From positions 15,314,001-15,378,000 of the forward strand of contig OZ231126.1 in the NCBI GenBank assembly GCA_965153355.1: DNA of 64,000 bases, in the 5' to 3' direction. The notes beneath the pieces are model-generated. The model did not search any database, was not told the DNA's origin, and saw only the letters and a list, made by a program, of their open reading frames with translations. This DNA comes from Flaccisagitta enflata (Eukaryota). Numbering within the stretch: position 1 is the first letter of the stretch; each line of letters opens with the position of its first letter. The position numbers and the translations under genes were made by a program. Positions 36,221-47,963 of this stretch are shown here, piece after piece.

Positions 36221-39200
36221 CCCTTCTTTGGGGTCAATCACAATTCAATTCCACCGGGTTGCCTTGCACCACTCTTCTTGAGTGGCACCCCGTTCTCATC
36301 AGCTTTCAATACGGGTTGTCTTGCACCACTCCACTTGAGTGGCACCCCGTTCTCAACAATCAACTTTCCTTTTCAAACGATCGATTTTCTTCTTTTCTCC
36401 AGATTTGTTGTTTCCGTATCGTAATTCCCAATTGATTCTCGAATTATTCTCCGTCAATGTTAAATGTTTTTCATATATTATATAGCGTTCATGGCCCTTT
36501 CTTTGACGGCGGGCAGCATCGCACTTTTAAGCATTTATGGCAAGTCCGTATCCAATTTAAAAGAAGCACAATATCTGAAAAGAAATCGCTTGACCAAGCG
36601 CGATTTTAAACAAGTGAAGTAGTAGAAATTAGCTTTGCGATCACTCCTTTCCCTTGTCCTCAGATCGGGTGGCGCAACATCGTATTTGGACTCAAGTCAC
36701 GCTCAATTGCAATTAAGGCTTTCTAACGGCGCAAACAATCATAACAATAACAATGAAAACAACAATCAATCGACCATTAGCGTAAAAGCTAATGACAGCT
36801 TCATTTTCGATGGTTTCCACGCTCAGCCTAGTCAGCGCCAAGTGCATCAGCCCAAGCAACCATATCCTCCTCCGCCTCCTTCGCAATCACAAGTCTTCTC
36901 TCATCCATCGCCTTCCGCGCAACAGTTTTTATCCAATGGGCAAATCAAAACGGCGTCTTCCTTGCATTCACAGTTGGATCAACTGACGCAGCTTCACTTA
37001 CAGCATCAACAAATCAACTTGCCAACCTCGTCGGTTCAAGCTCAAATACAGCAGCTGCAACAACAGCAACAAGCGCAACAAAGCCATCCTACTCTCGACG
37101 CCAATTATAGCGATCCGAAGGACGCTTGTCAATTGCGTGACATGGCGCCGGCTGCACATGGACCGCTGTCTCATTCTCAGTCTTATCCTTTGCAGATGGG
37201 TATGTTGAAATGATTTATAAAGAAGTGGCAACTGATGAATGAATTCCCTGGCCAAAATTATTCACAGGCCAATTTTATAACACGTTGCCAAATTTATCTC
37301 CTTTGGCCAAATTCATCTCCTGTGGCCAATTTTTTTTTCCTGTGGCCAAATCTATCTCCTGCGTTCAAAAATAATTTATGTGCTTGTGGCCAAATTTATT
37401 TCCTGTGGCTTGGTTTATCACATGTGGCCAAGTTTAACTCATGGGTCGTGTCACCTTATACATCGCATCTTTCGTCAACATTTATGTCCAGCCTTAATCC
37501 TACTTTAATCTTTAATCCTACTTTAATACCTTAATCCTACTCTAAACGCCTTACAGGTGGCAGTCAGAAATTTTTGATGGACTCGAGCGGAATGTTTCGT
37601 GGCGGTCCTGAAGGACTGACGGTCAGCGATCCCGAAAGCGGAGTTTTCTCCACTCACGAACTGGAAAACATGGGTTGCGACGACGAGGACGACGAGTACT
37701 CGAGTAAGAAGATTTTCTTTTCAATGAAATTTGAATGTTTGCGTGGTATCTTATTTCTCTGATAACGGACGCGTTCAGATATATATTCACTTTCAAATCC
37801 ATTGTCTTCAGAGCCGTACGAGCCTCAAATCCTACGCGACTTTCTACGTAAAGTTCAACGTGACGACGAGATTGAACTCGCTTCCGCCTCCGCTTCTGTC
37901 GCGGCGTCCAACGTCACCTCGCCGCAAAGTCCACCGCCCGCCGTTTCCTCCTTCCTCGCGCCCGGAGTTCATCATGGACTCTCTCATGGTGTTGCTTACC
38001 CGACCAATTCTGCATCCACGCCTGTTATTCCCACGGCGAATTCTATCCTCGAAGACGACCCTGAAAACGCCGAGTATTGCGATCCCGCCGCCGCTTTCAG
38101 TAAGCCTCCAGTGTTTCATCACGGCCCTCCTGCAGCCTCTTCGGCATCAACCGTGACGGCGCGGGAAGCTGGTTCCTCGCACGGATTCTCTAACCCTCTG
38201 CATTTTAGCGCTTATCAGATACCTGGCAACCTTCCATCGAACTCTGGTGTTAATTCCTCATCGTTTGTCGCGGAGCAACATCATTTCGATCCAAAGGCAC
38301 TGGGAATCCGACCAAGGAATGAACGTGAACCGGCTGGTAGGTTACGGATCACTTTGTCAGGACAGTATCTTTTCAAAATATGAATTCTGGTACAGTAGAT
38401 GTCATCTAGACTTGGAAATACGGGGGCCCTCATATCCTAACTACCATTTGCGCCAATAAAATGAAACTGTGTCTGTATAATGCTTATGTCCTATAGGGTT
38501 GACGATGGGGTATGGCAACTCTGTGGATAGAAAATTCTTTTGAATATACTAAAACAAATTTGCTCTGCCCAAACAGCCGCCAGAATTGGTCTAGTGGTTA
38601 ACTCACTTGACTTCATATCCCTCTTAATCAATTTATTTCTTTATATTACACTAGTAAAATATCAGTCCCCTCACTGTACTGATGCTGAGGTTATGAGCTC
38701 CCCCGTATTTCCAAGTCTAGACGACATCTACTGTACCAGTTGACTGACGCAGTTTGTATTACATGAACAATTTCAAAAACCCTTAGTGCTTTTGGATCAC
38801 CATAGACATTCTACAGATTCAATGATAATACAATGAGAGGGGCAGCAAAATCGCTAGCACCCCTACCCACAGCTAAGATGGGTAATGTCACAAAGACAAC
38901 TAAGGTGGCAGCTGGAAGCTTATCCCAAAACAATTCCCGCCATCGAGGCATTTCTCGAATTTCCTTCTCATTCCATAGAAAATGGTCATAAAAGGGCTAA
39001 ATCCAACACTTCTGAAAATGGCCGATTTTCACCCTAAAAAGAGCTGTATCTCTAAAAGTAGGTTGAGATTACAAAATCGCCTCGATGGCGGGAATTGAAT
39101 TGAGATAAGCTATCGGCCACCACCTTTGATACCCTTGTAGTATTGATCATCTGAGCTACAGGTAGGGGTGCAAGCGATTTCGATTACCCCTCTCACTGTA

Positions 39201-42200
39201 ATATCATTGCTTCTGTAAGCATTGTTTTACATCCTGAATGATTTGATCGCAGTTACGAACGGATCCCCACCATGTACGTGCGACGAGGCTTCCACTTCCT
39301 CCTGCTCCGATTCGACCCACGAAGCAGCTCCCGCCGCCGCTTCACCCGCCGCCTTTCATCCGTCCAATTCCAGTATTCCCTCTTCTCAAACCCCCTCATC
39401 ACCAATCATCGGTCTCGGGGCTTCCCGGCAGTCTCCTACGCTCCCCGATTACGAACAAGCGTGGGATATTCGTCTGTCTGCCCGGGATCCAGTCGGCATT
39501 ATGACAGCGGCAATCGATAACCTCAACAACGCCAACAATGTTGCTCCGAGCAAAGTGCCCACGCCTGCGCCTGTTAATAAATACAGCGTTCGAACTTCCG
39601 AAAGTGAATCGTCGTCGTCCAATCGTGATGTCGGCGGCGTGGTGTTGAATGCCGCCCCGCCGATGGCAAGAGACAAACCCACGCCGGCGCCGCGATTTTC
39701 CATTCTCGCCAATCCGGAAGTGGAAGCGATTAAAGGGAGCGTGGGTGCCACCGGAAGTCCGCTATCTTCTCGTTATTCTACTCCATCCGGCGACTCGCAG
39801 GCCGGCAGTCAGATGTACGAAGATCCCTGGGATTCAGGCGCCAAGCAAAGGGAGTTGGAGGAAAAATTGAGCAAGCGTGCCACGGCGCTAGCAAGTGCCT
39901 GCGAAAGAGTCAGTCCGTCTGGTGAGTAGCGAGAGCATCTCTTTTTGTGTCGAGAGATTATCGTTTGGGCGAGGGTCAGGGTGCGGCATATATCAAAACT
40001 ACGAGAATGATGTACAAACATTTGCTTTGTAGCTGATTGATACCAGAGCATTTCTGTACAAACTAACCAGAAACGTTGTCTTGTCGTTGGTTATTTTGAT
40101 CTTATGAAATAGTTGGGGCAGCAGCCCCAAAGGGGCCAAGTCCTGTAGAACACAGGGACTTTCGTTTGTCCATTAGTTTGTCCGTTCGCTCATCCCCCAA
40201 GCCCTCACAGGCCTGAAATCTGTCCTCTCAGGCCTTGAGTCTGCCCTCTCAGGCCTGAAATCTGCCCTCTCAGGCCTGAAATATACCCTATCAGGCCTGA
40301 ATTCTGCCCTCTCGGGCCTGAAATCTGCCCTCAGACCTGAAATCTGCCCTCTTAGGCCTGAAATCTGCCCTCTTTCTTAGGCCTGAAATCTGCCCTCTTA
40401 GGCCTGAAATCTGCCCTCTCAGGCCTGAAATCTGCCCTCTCAGGCCTGAAATCTGCCCTCTCAGGCCTGAAATCTGCCGTCTCAGGCCTGAAATCTGCCC
40501 TCTCAGGCCTGAAATCTGCCCTCTCAGGCCTGAAATCTGCCCTCTCAGGCCTGAAATCTGCCCTCTCAAGCCTGAAATCTGTCCTTTCAGGCCTGAAATC
40601 TGCCCTTTCAGGCCTGAAATCTGCCCTCTCAGGCCTGAAATCTGTCCTCTCAGGCCTGAAATCTGCCCTCACAGACCTGAAATCTGCCCTCCCAGGCCTG
40701 AAATCTGATCAGATTTCAGGTCGGTGAGGGCCTGGGGGTGGACGGATGGACAGACAAATGGATGGATGAACGAAAGTCTCCCTGATCTACAGGACCTCCT
40801 CCCCTTTGGGGCTACTTCACTGCGTCCTCTCACAATTAACAATCATGCAAAGCAGGGCAACGGGTATCGCTGACCACATATTGCCCTTGGGCAACCTATT
40901 CCCCCCTTTACTCTCCTCTTTCAGGCGAGAGCGAGACTTCTTGTCATCGAACGTCAGTTGGCAGTGAGATGACCGACTCCACCGTGTCAACAGGATCCGC
41001 TTTTCATTCCCCAGCCAAGTTTACGTCGGCTTTTTCTTCCTCATCGTCCGCCGTCACCGTGACGGCCTTTGACGCCCGCTTCTCGCCGCCACCCACCACC
41101 ACACACGCCGATCCGTTCATCAATGCCACGTCGCCTGTTTTAGCGCCACCAAACCTCGATTTCCCTCTTAATCACGTTGTTGTTGATGCACCGAATCGTC
41201 CGTCTGAACCACAAGCTACAAGTGCGCCTGGCGCTAGTAATGGTATGTCTCCGCTTTCATGACTATGTCAATGACAGATAACCATAAGTTGAATTGGTTC
41301 TTGGTCTCAGTATCGTGATTTCATAACCTACATCGCTAATCAACCAGTTTCTTCTCCTGACCGAACGTACAAAATTGATCATCAATATCTTCATCGTTGG
41401 TGATTATCTTTTGTTGCGAACATCGCCTCCGCGATCTGTTTTTTGTAATCTATGATCAGCGATCCTCCCGACTGAATCTCCATTCTCCCTCCAATCCAAT
41501 CCAGATTCATTCTCGTATCAAACACCGAGACCGGTCGTCAATCCCTCTGTTGTCACAAATCTTCCAATTTTCTACCCAAACTCGTCGGCGCATGCCCTAA
41601 GCTCCTCAAGCACTCCTACCGACGGTTCTGCCAAGTGAGAAATTTTGGATTTGAATACAGTTGAACCCCGCAATAACGGAGTGATGCTCTGGCGCACCAC
41701 GCCCTGACAATGAAGCATTCACTGTGGTGTCAAGTTGTTTCCGGGAAGGCCTGGAAACAGTCTCGACCTCAGTGATGAATTTTTGTGAATTAATATCAAG
41801 GAGCTGCATAATTATGCATGCGCCATATCGAAGGCCAAGCTGAAAAGTATCGCTCTCTAGATGTAGGAGAACACCACACCATCATACCTTCAATTGCTTT
41901 ACAAAAGCATACCAAGGGGCATGAAAGCTTAAGATGATGCCTAAGAAGGTCACACAAAGTGAAAGTCGTATTTTACAAATGTTATATGCATTAATTGATA
42001 AAAGATTGAACTGTATTGTATCTTGTCGATATACTTTTTAGCAAGATAGTATTAGAGGTGGATATCTATTATTACCAATATAGGAAGTATATCAAACATT
42101 GTCAAGGAACTTCGGTTTCATAATTGTCATTGGCGGATTTTCGTTACTCTCGGATACGTTATGGCGATGTGTAACTGTAGGGCTAACCTCTGTTTCTCTA

Positions 42201-45200
42201 AGGAACATATTGTCTGAGCTGATTTTCTTTCTCGCTTTCTCTTTCTTTTACTTGTCAGTATTTTTATCCCTATTTGTCTTTCTGTTCTGTATTTGTTTCT
42301 GCCTTGTGTCTGTCGTTTTTCTCTAGGTCTGTCTTTCTTTGTCTTTAAATCTTTTGTGTTTGTCTTTCTTTGTTTTTTGGTCTTTCATCTTGTCCTTCAT
42401 TTTATTTTTTTCTTGTTGACTGCCTTTCAAGATTTTCCTGATGGTAAACTTTTGTTTCCCTGCAGTTATCAAACGCCGCGTATTCCCGCTTCTCGCTCGG
42501 CGCAATCCCACCTCACTCTTCTCACACAAATTCCGCTGCCTGATTCGGACAAAGCGTCTCGATCGACGGAAGTGGTGACGCACGCCGAGATTCACCGCGA
42601 CGACATCCGCGACACGCCGACGAGATCCCCTCTCAATCACCACACCAAGTTGGGCTTCTCCAATCCGCTCTTCCACCAGAATGGTAACCAGAACAACCAC
42701 AACAATAATAACTTGAGTCACATGAACAACAACGGCAAGTCAAGGAACGACGTCATAAGCAATCAGCCATCATCAGCCGTTGAACTAGAATTTAAATCGC
42801 CGGGAGCGACACCGTCACAAAACGCAGCTTCGGCCAGTCCCGTCATCCCATCTGCGCCGCTTGAAGAAAAACATTCAGAGGGGGCGTCTTCATTTGATAA
42901 TTCCGGCGCTGCTAAACCATGTAAGTTATATCGCTGTTGGTTTATTCGTGCTGTATTTTCATGGTCGGAAATCATGAATCATCAAATGATTGGTTTATTG
43001 AGGATGTCTTTTTGGGTAGCGGTCCCAAAGGGCCGATGTCCTGTAGAACACAGGGGGTAATTTCCTGACGTCCGTCCTTCCGTACTTCCATCCTTCCGTC
43101 TGTCCCCCCTTAATTGGCCATCAAGGCTTCAAATTTGTCCTCCCAGCCCTCTATTTAGCCCTCCAGGCCTCAAATCAGCCTTCCAGGCCTTATATCAGCC
43201 TTCCAGGCTTCAAATCAGCCCCCCCCCTCAGATCTGATCTCCATACCTTAAATCTGCTCTCCAGTAAGGCCTTGCGGGTTTGGCCGTGAGAAGGCCGGGG
43301 CTCGGTTTTGAGGCCAAACCCGAAATTCGGTTTTGCCTCCAGACCCGACTTTTTGTCCGCGACGGAATATCATTCCGACGCGGACTATAATTCAAGGCGG
43401 GTGGGTGTCGTCGTCGTTGTCGTCGTCGTTGTCGTCGTAACGGATTTTAAAAAATGGATAACTTTTTTATGCTTTGACCGATTTGGTTCATATTTGGTGG
43501 GAAGTTGTGCTAGGGTAAGGCGCTTTACATCCTATCCGATTTTTGTGATCCGACCAACCCAACCGGCCCAACCAGCCTACCGGCCTAAAAGTGAAAAACG
43601 TGCATAACTTTGGCATTTTTCAACCGATTTGGCTGAAATTTGGTATGGAGTCTCTAAATAGAAGGCCTCAACATATGTATATGATTTATATGCATTTGAG
43701 CATGCTAACCGGCCAAACCGACCTACCACCCAACCAGCCAACCGGCCTAAAAGTGAAAAACTTGCGTAACTTTGTCATTTTTCAACTGATTTGGTTGAAA
43801 CTTGGTATGGAGTCTCTAAATGGAAGGACTCAGCATATGCAAACTATTTATCCTGTTAAACCAGCCTACCACCCAACCAGCCTACTGGCCTAAAAGTGAA
43901 AAACGTGCATAACTTTGGCATTTTTCAACCGATTTGGCTGAAATTTGGTATGGAGTCTCTAAATGGAAGGCCTCAACATATGTATATGATTTATATGCAT
44001 TTGAGCATGCTAACCGGCCAAACCGACCTACCACCCAACCAGCCAACCGGCCTTAAAGTGAAAAACTTGCGTAACTTTGTCATTTTTCAACTGATTTGGT
44101 TGAAACTTGGTATGGAGTCTCTAAATGGAAGGACTCAACATATGCAAAATATTTATCCTGTTAAACCAGCCTACCACCCAACCAGCCTACCAGCCAAAAA
44201 GTGATAAATATGCATATCTTTGGCGTTTTTCAACCAATTTGGTTGAAATTTGGTATGGAGTCTCTAAATGGAAGGACTCAACACATATATGTGATTTTTT
44301 AATGGTTGAGCATGCTAACCGGCCAAACCAACCTACCCCCCAACCAGCTTACCGGCCTAAAAGTAAAAACTTACATAAATTGGACATTTTTCAACCAAAT
44401 TGGTTGAAACTTGGTATGGAGTCTCTAAATGGAAGAACTCAACAAACGCACGCTATTTATCTAAACCAGCCTACCACCCAACCACCCTACTAGCCTAAAA
44501 GTGAAAAATGTGCATAACTTTGTCATTTTTCAACGGATTTGCATGAAACTTTGTATGGTGGCTCTAAATGTAAATACTTATAGTTTTAGCAAACTTACAG
44601 GGTTAGCGATCTTTCGGTCATAGCGATCTTACGGAATTAGTGATCTTTAACCCCCTTCCGTCGCGGACCCAGATACTGTTCAGATTTTTTTTTAGATATT
44701 TTTGCATTTATGTTATTGTGTTCCACGATAGTGGAACACTAAATTCCCACAGTTTTCTCCGTTAGTACGTACGTGTGTCACAACCCATTAATCTCCATTG
44801 TATGTCACATAGCCCAGAATTCTCCAATGTATGTCACAACACCCAGTTTTTTCCAATGTATGTCACACAGCCTAGAATTCTTTGATGTATGTCACACCAC
44901 CCAGTTTTCTCCGATGTATGTCACACAGCCCAGAATTCTCCGATGTATGTCACACCACCCAGTTTTCTCCAATGTATGCCACACAGCCCAGAATTCTCCA
45001 GTGTATGTCACACCACCTAGTTTTCTCCAATATATGTCACACAGCCCAGAATTTTCCGATGTATGTCACACCACCCAGTTTTCTCCAATGTATATCACAT
45101 AGCCCATAATTCTCTGATGTATGTCACACCACCCAGTTTTCTCCGATGTAAGTCACACAGCCCAGAATTATCCGATGTATGTCACACCACCCAGTTTTCT

Positions 45201-47883
45201 CCGATGTAAGTCACACAGCTCAGAATTCTCCAATGTATGTCACACCACCCAGTTTTCTCCAATGTATGTCACACCACCCAGTTTTCTCTGATGTATGTCA
45301 CACAGCCCAGAATTCTCCAATGTATGTCACAACACCCAGTTTTCTCCAATGTATGTCACACCATCTAGTTTTCTCCAATGTATGTCACACAGCCTAGAAT
45401 TCTCGGATGTATGTCACACCATCCAGTTTTCTCCGATATTTGTCACACATACCCTAAAGTTCTCCAATGTATGTCACACCACCCAGTTTTCTCCGATGTA
45501 TGTCACACAGCCCAGAATTCTCCATTGTATGTCACACCACCTGGTTTTCTCCAATGTATGTCACACCACCCAGTTTTCTCCAATGTATGTCACACAGCCT
45601 AGAATTCTCTGATGTATGTCACACCATCCAGTTTTCTCCAATGTATGTCACACATACCCTAAAGTTCTCCAATGTATGTCACACCACCCAGTTTTCTCCA
45701 ATGTATGTCACACAGCCCAGAATTCTCCAATGTATGTCACACCACTCAGTTTTCTCTGATGTCACACAGCCCAGAATTCTCCGACGTATTTCACATTACC
45801 CAATTTTCTCCGATGTATATCACACAGCCCAGAATTCTTCTATGTATGTCAAACCACCCAGTTTTCTCCGATGTATGTCACACAGCCCAGAATTCTCCTA
45901 TGTATGTCACACCACCCAGTTTTCTCCGATGTATGTCACACAGCCCAGAATTCTTGGATGTATGTCACACTATCCAGTTTTCTCCGATGTATGTCACTTA
46001 TACCCTGAAGTTCTCCAATGTATGAAAGTTGGACAACATTACTACTCAACCCTCACAATAAATGTCACACCATATGTCAGTTTTTCCAATATTCTGTCAT
46101 GTACCAGAATTTACAGTCCAGATCACCCAGTTTTCTCTGATGTATGTCACACATACCCAAGTTCTCTCAATGCATGCATTCCAGTTTTCTTCATGCATGT
46201 CACACCCCAGTCACTTATATGTGTCCCAGTTTTCTTCGATGTAAGTCACATGAGAATTCTCTGATGTATGTCACACCATCCAGTTTTCTCCGATGTATGT
46301 CTCACAGCCCAGAATTCTCCGATGTATGTCACACCAACTAGTTTTTAGTCGCGGACACGCGACTCTACACCTTGCCGTGTCGGTTGGTAGGTTGGTTGGT
46401 AGGTTGGTCAGTAGGTTGGTTGGTAAGTCACATTTTTTAATTCCGAGTGATTTTTGCATTACTGCTCCTGCCCAACCGTCCGCGACTGGATTGCCGTGTA
46501 TCCGGCCTTGTTTCTGATGCATATCACACAGCCCAGAATTCTCCATTGTATGTGACACCACCCAGTTTTCTCTGATGTATGTCACACAGCCCAGAATTCT
46601 GTGATGTATGTCACACTACCCAGTTTTCCCCAATGTATGTCACACAGCCTAGAATTCTCCAATATATGTCACACAGCCAAGAATTCTCCGATGTATGTCA
46701 CACCACCCAGTTTTCTCCGATGTATGTCACACAGCCCAGAATTCTCCGATGTATGTGACACCACCCAGTTTTGTCCAATGTATGTCACAAAGCCCAGAAT
46801 TCTCTGATGTATGTCACAGAACCCAGTTTTCTCTAATGTATGTCACACAGCCCAGAATTCTCCAATGTATGTCACACCCCTCAGTTTTTTCAGTTGTATG
46901 TCACACAGCCCAGAATTCTCTGATGTATGTCACACCATCCAGTTTTTTTCTGATGTATGTCTTACAGCCCAGAATTCTCCAATGTATGTCACACCACCCA
47001 GTTTTCTCCAATGTATGTCACACAGATCAGAAATCTCCGATGTATATCATGCCCAGAATTCTCCGATGTTTGTCACACCACCCAGTTTTTTCCAATGCAA
47101 TTCACACAAATCAGAAATCTCCTATGTATGTCATGCCCAGAATTCTCCGATGTATGTCACACCACCCAGTTTTCTCCAATGTATGTCACACAGCCCAGAA
47201 TTCTCTGGTGTATATCACACTGTGGGACCGCCCACAGGCGGCAGTTGGACTGCCCACAGGCGGCAGTTGGACCACCTACAGGTGGCAGTTGGACCGCCCA
47301 CAGGCGGCAGTTGAACCACCCACAGGCGGCAGTTGGACCACCTACAGGTGGCAGTTGAACCACTCACAGGCGGCAGTGGAGCCGCCTACAGGCGGCAGTA
47401 GAGCCGCCTACAGGCGGCAGTTGGATTGCCCACAGGCGGCAATGGGACCGCCCATAGGCGGCAATGAGGCCACCCATAGGCGGCATTGAGGTCGCCTACT
47501 GGTGGTAGTTAGGCCGCCCACAGGCGGCCATTATCTTTGACACCAATTTGTCTGATTATTATTATTAGAAATGTTTTATGAATTATTGCATTTCTTCACC
47601 TCATGCTAAATCAAGTTTTCGTGGAACACAATATGGCAAACGCCACTAGTTCTTTCTATCTTTAACTCAAGTTATTTTTGTAATTTTTTTCTAACCTTTT
47701 TGATGGTATTATGTGTGTGTGTCTGTCTCTCTCTTTCCTTTTTTTCTATTTCTTTCTCTTTATTTCCCTTTCTTTCTCTTTCATTCTCTTTCTCTCATTC
47801 TCATTCTCATTCTCTTTTCTCTTTTTTTCTCTTTCTTTCTTTCTTTTATCCTTTCTTTCTCTCTTTCTTTCTTTCTTTTTTTG

Positions 47884-47963
<80 letters not shown>

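Larger units (their letters stand above)
31260..36360 (-). mobile_element. Apparently full-length non-LTR retrotransposon (CR1-group LINE), antisense in intron 1 of the SH2 adaptor
   Basis: Intact ORF1 and ORF2 and a 3' (TTGAAG)n tail at 31260-31282; the 5' boundary is approximate. Confidence 0.9.

Noticed and set aside
36290-36312. Hammerhead-like CTGATGA and GAAA on the - strand
   Set aside because: Order and spacing (GAAA-G-CTGATGA) leave no room for stems I and III.
40291-40672. Repetitive ORFs (ERADFRP / GQISGLR)
   Set aside because: Translations of the 21-mer array in a family B repeat.
43591-44493. Tandem near-identical ~100-aa ORFs
   Set aside because: Internal ~305-nt repeats of a non-autonomous element; GTG starts and no recognisable domain.
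44790-47220. CRISPR-like regular 29-nt repeats
   Set aside because: No unique spacers, no cas genes and a eukaryotic intronic context; it is a satellite.
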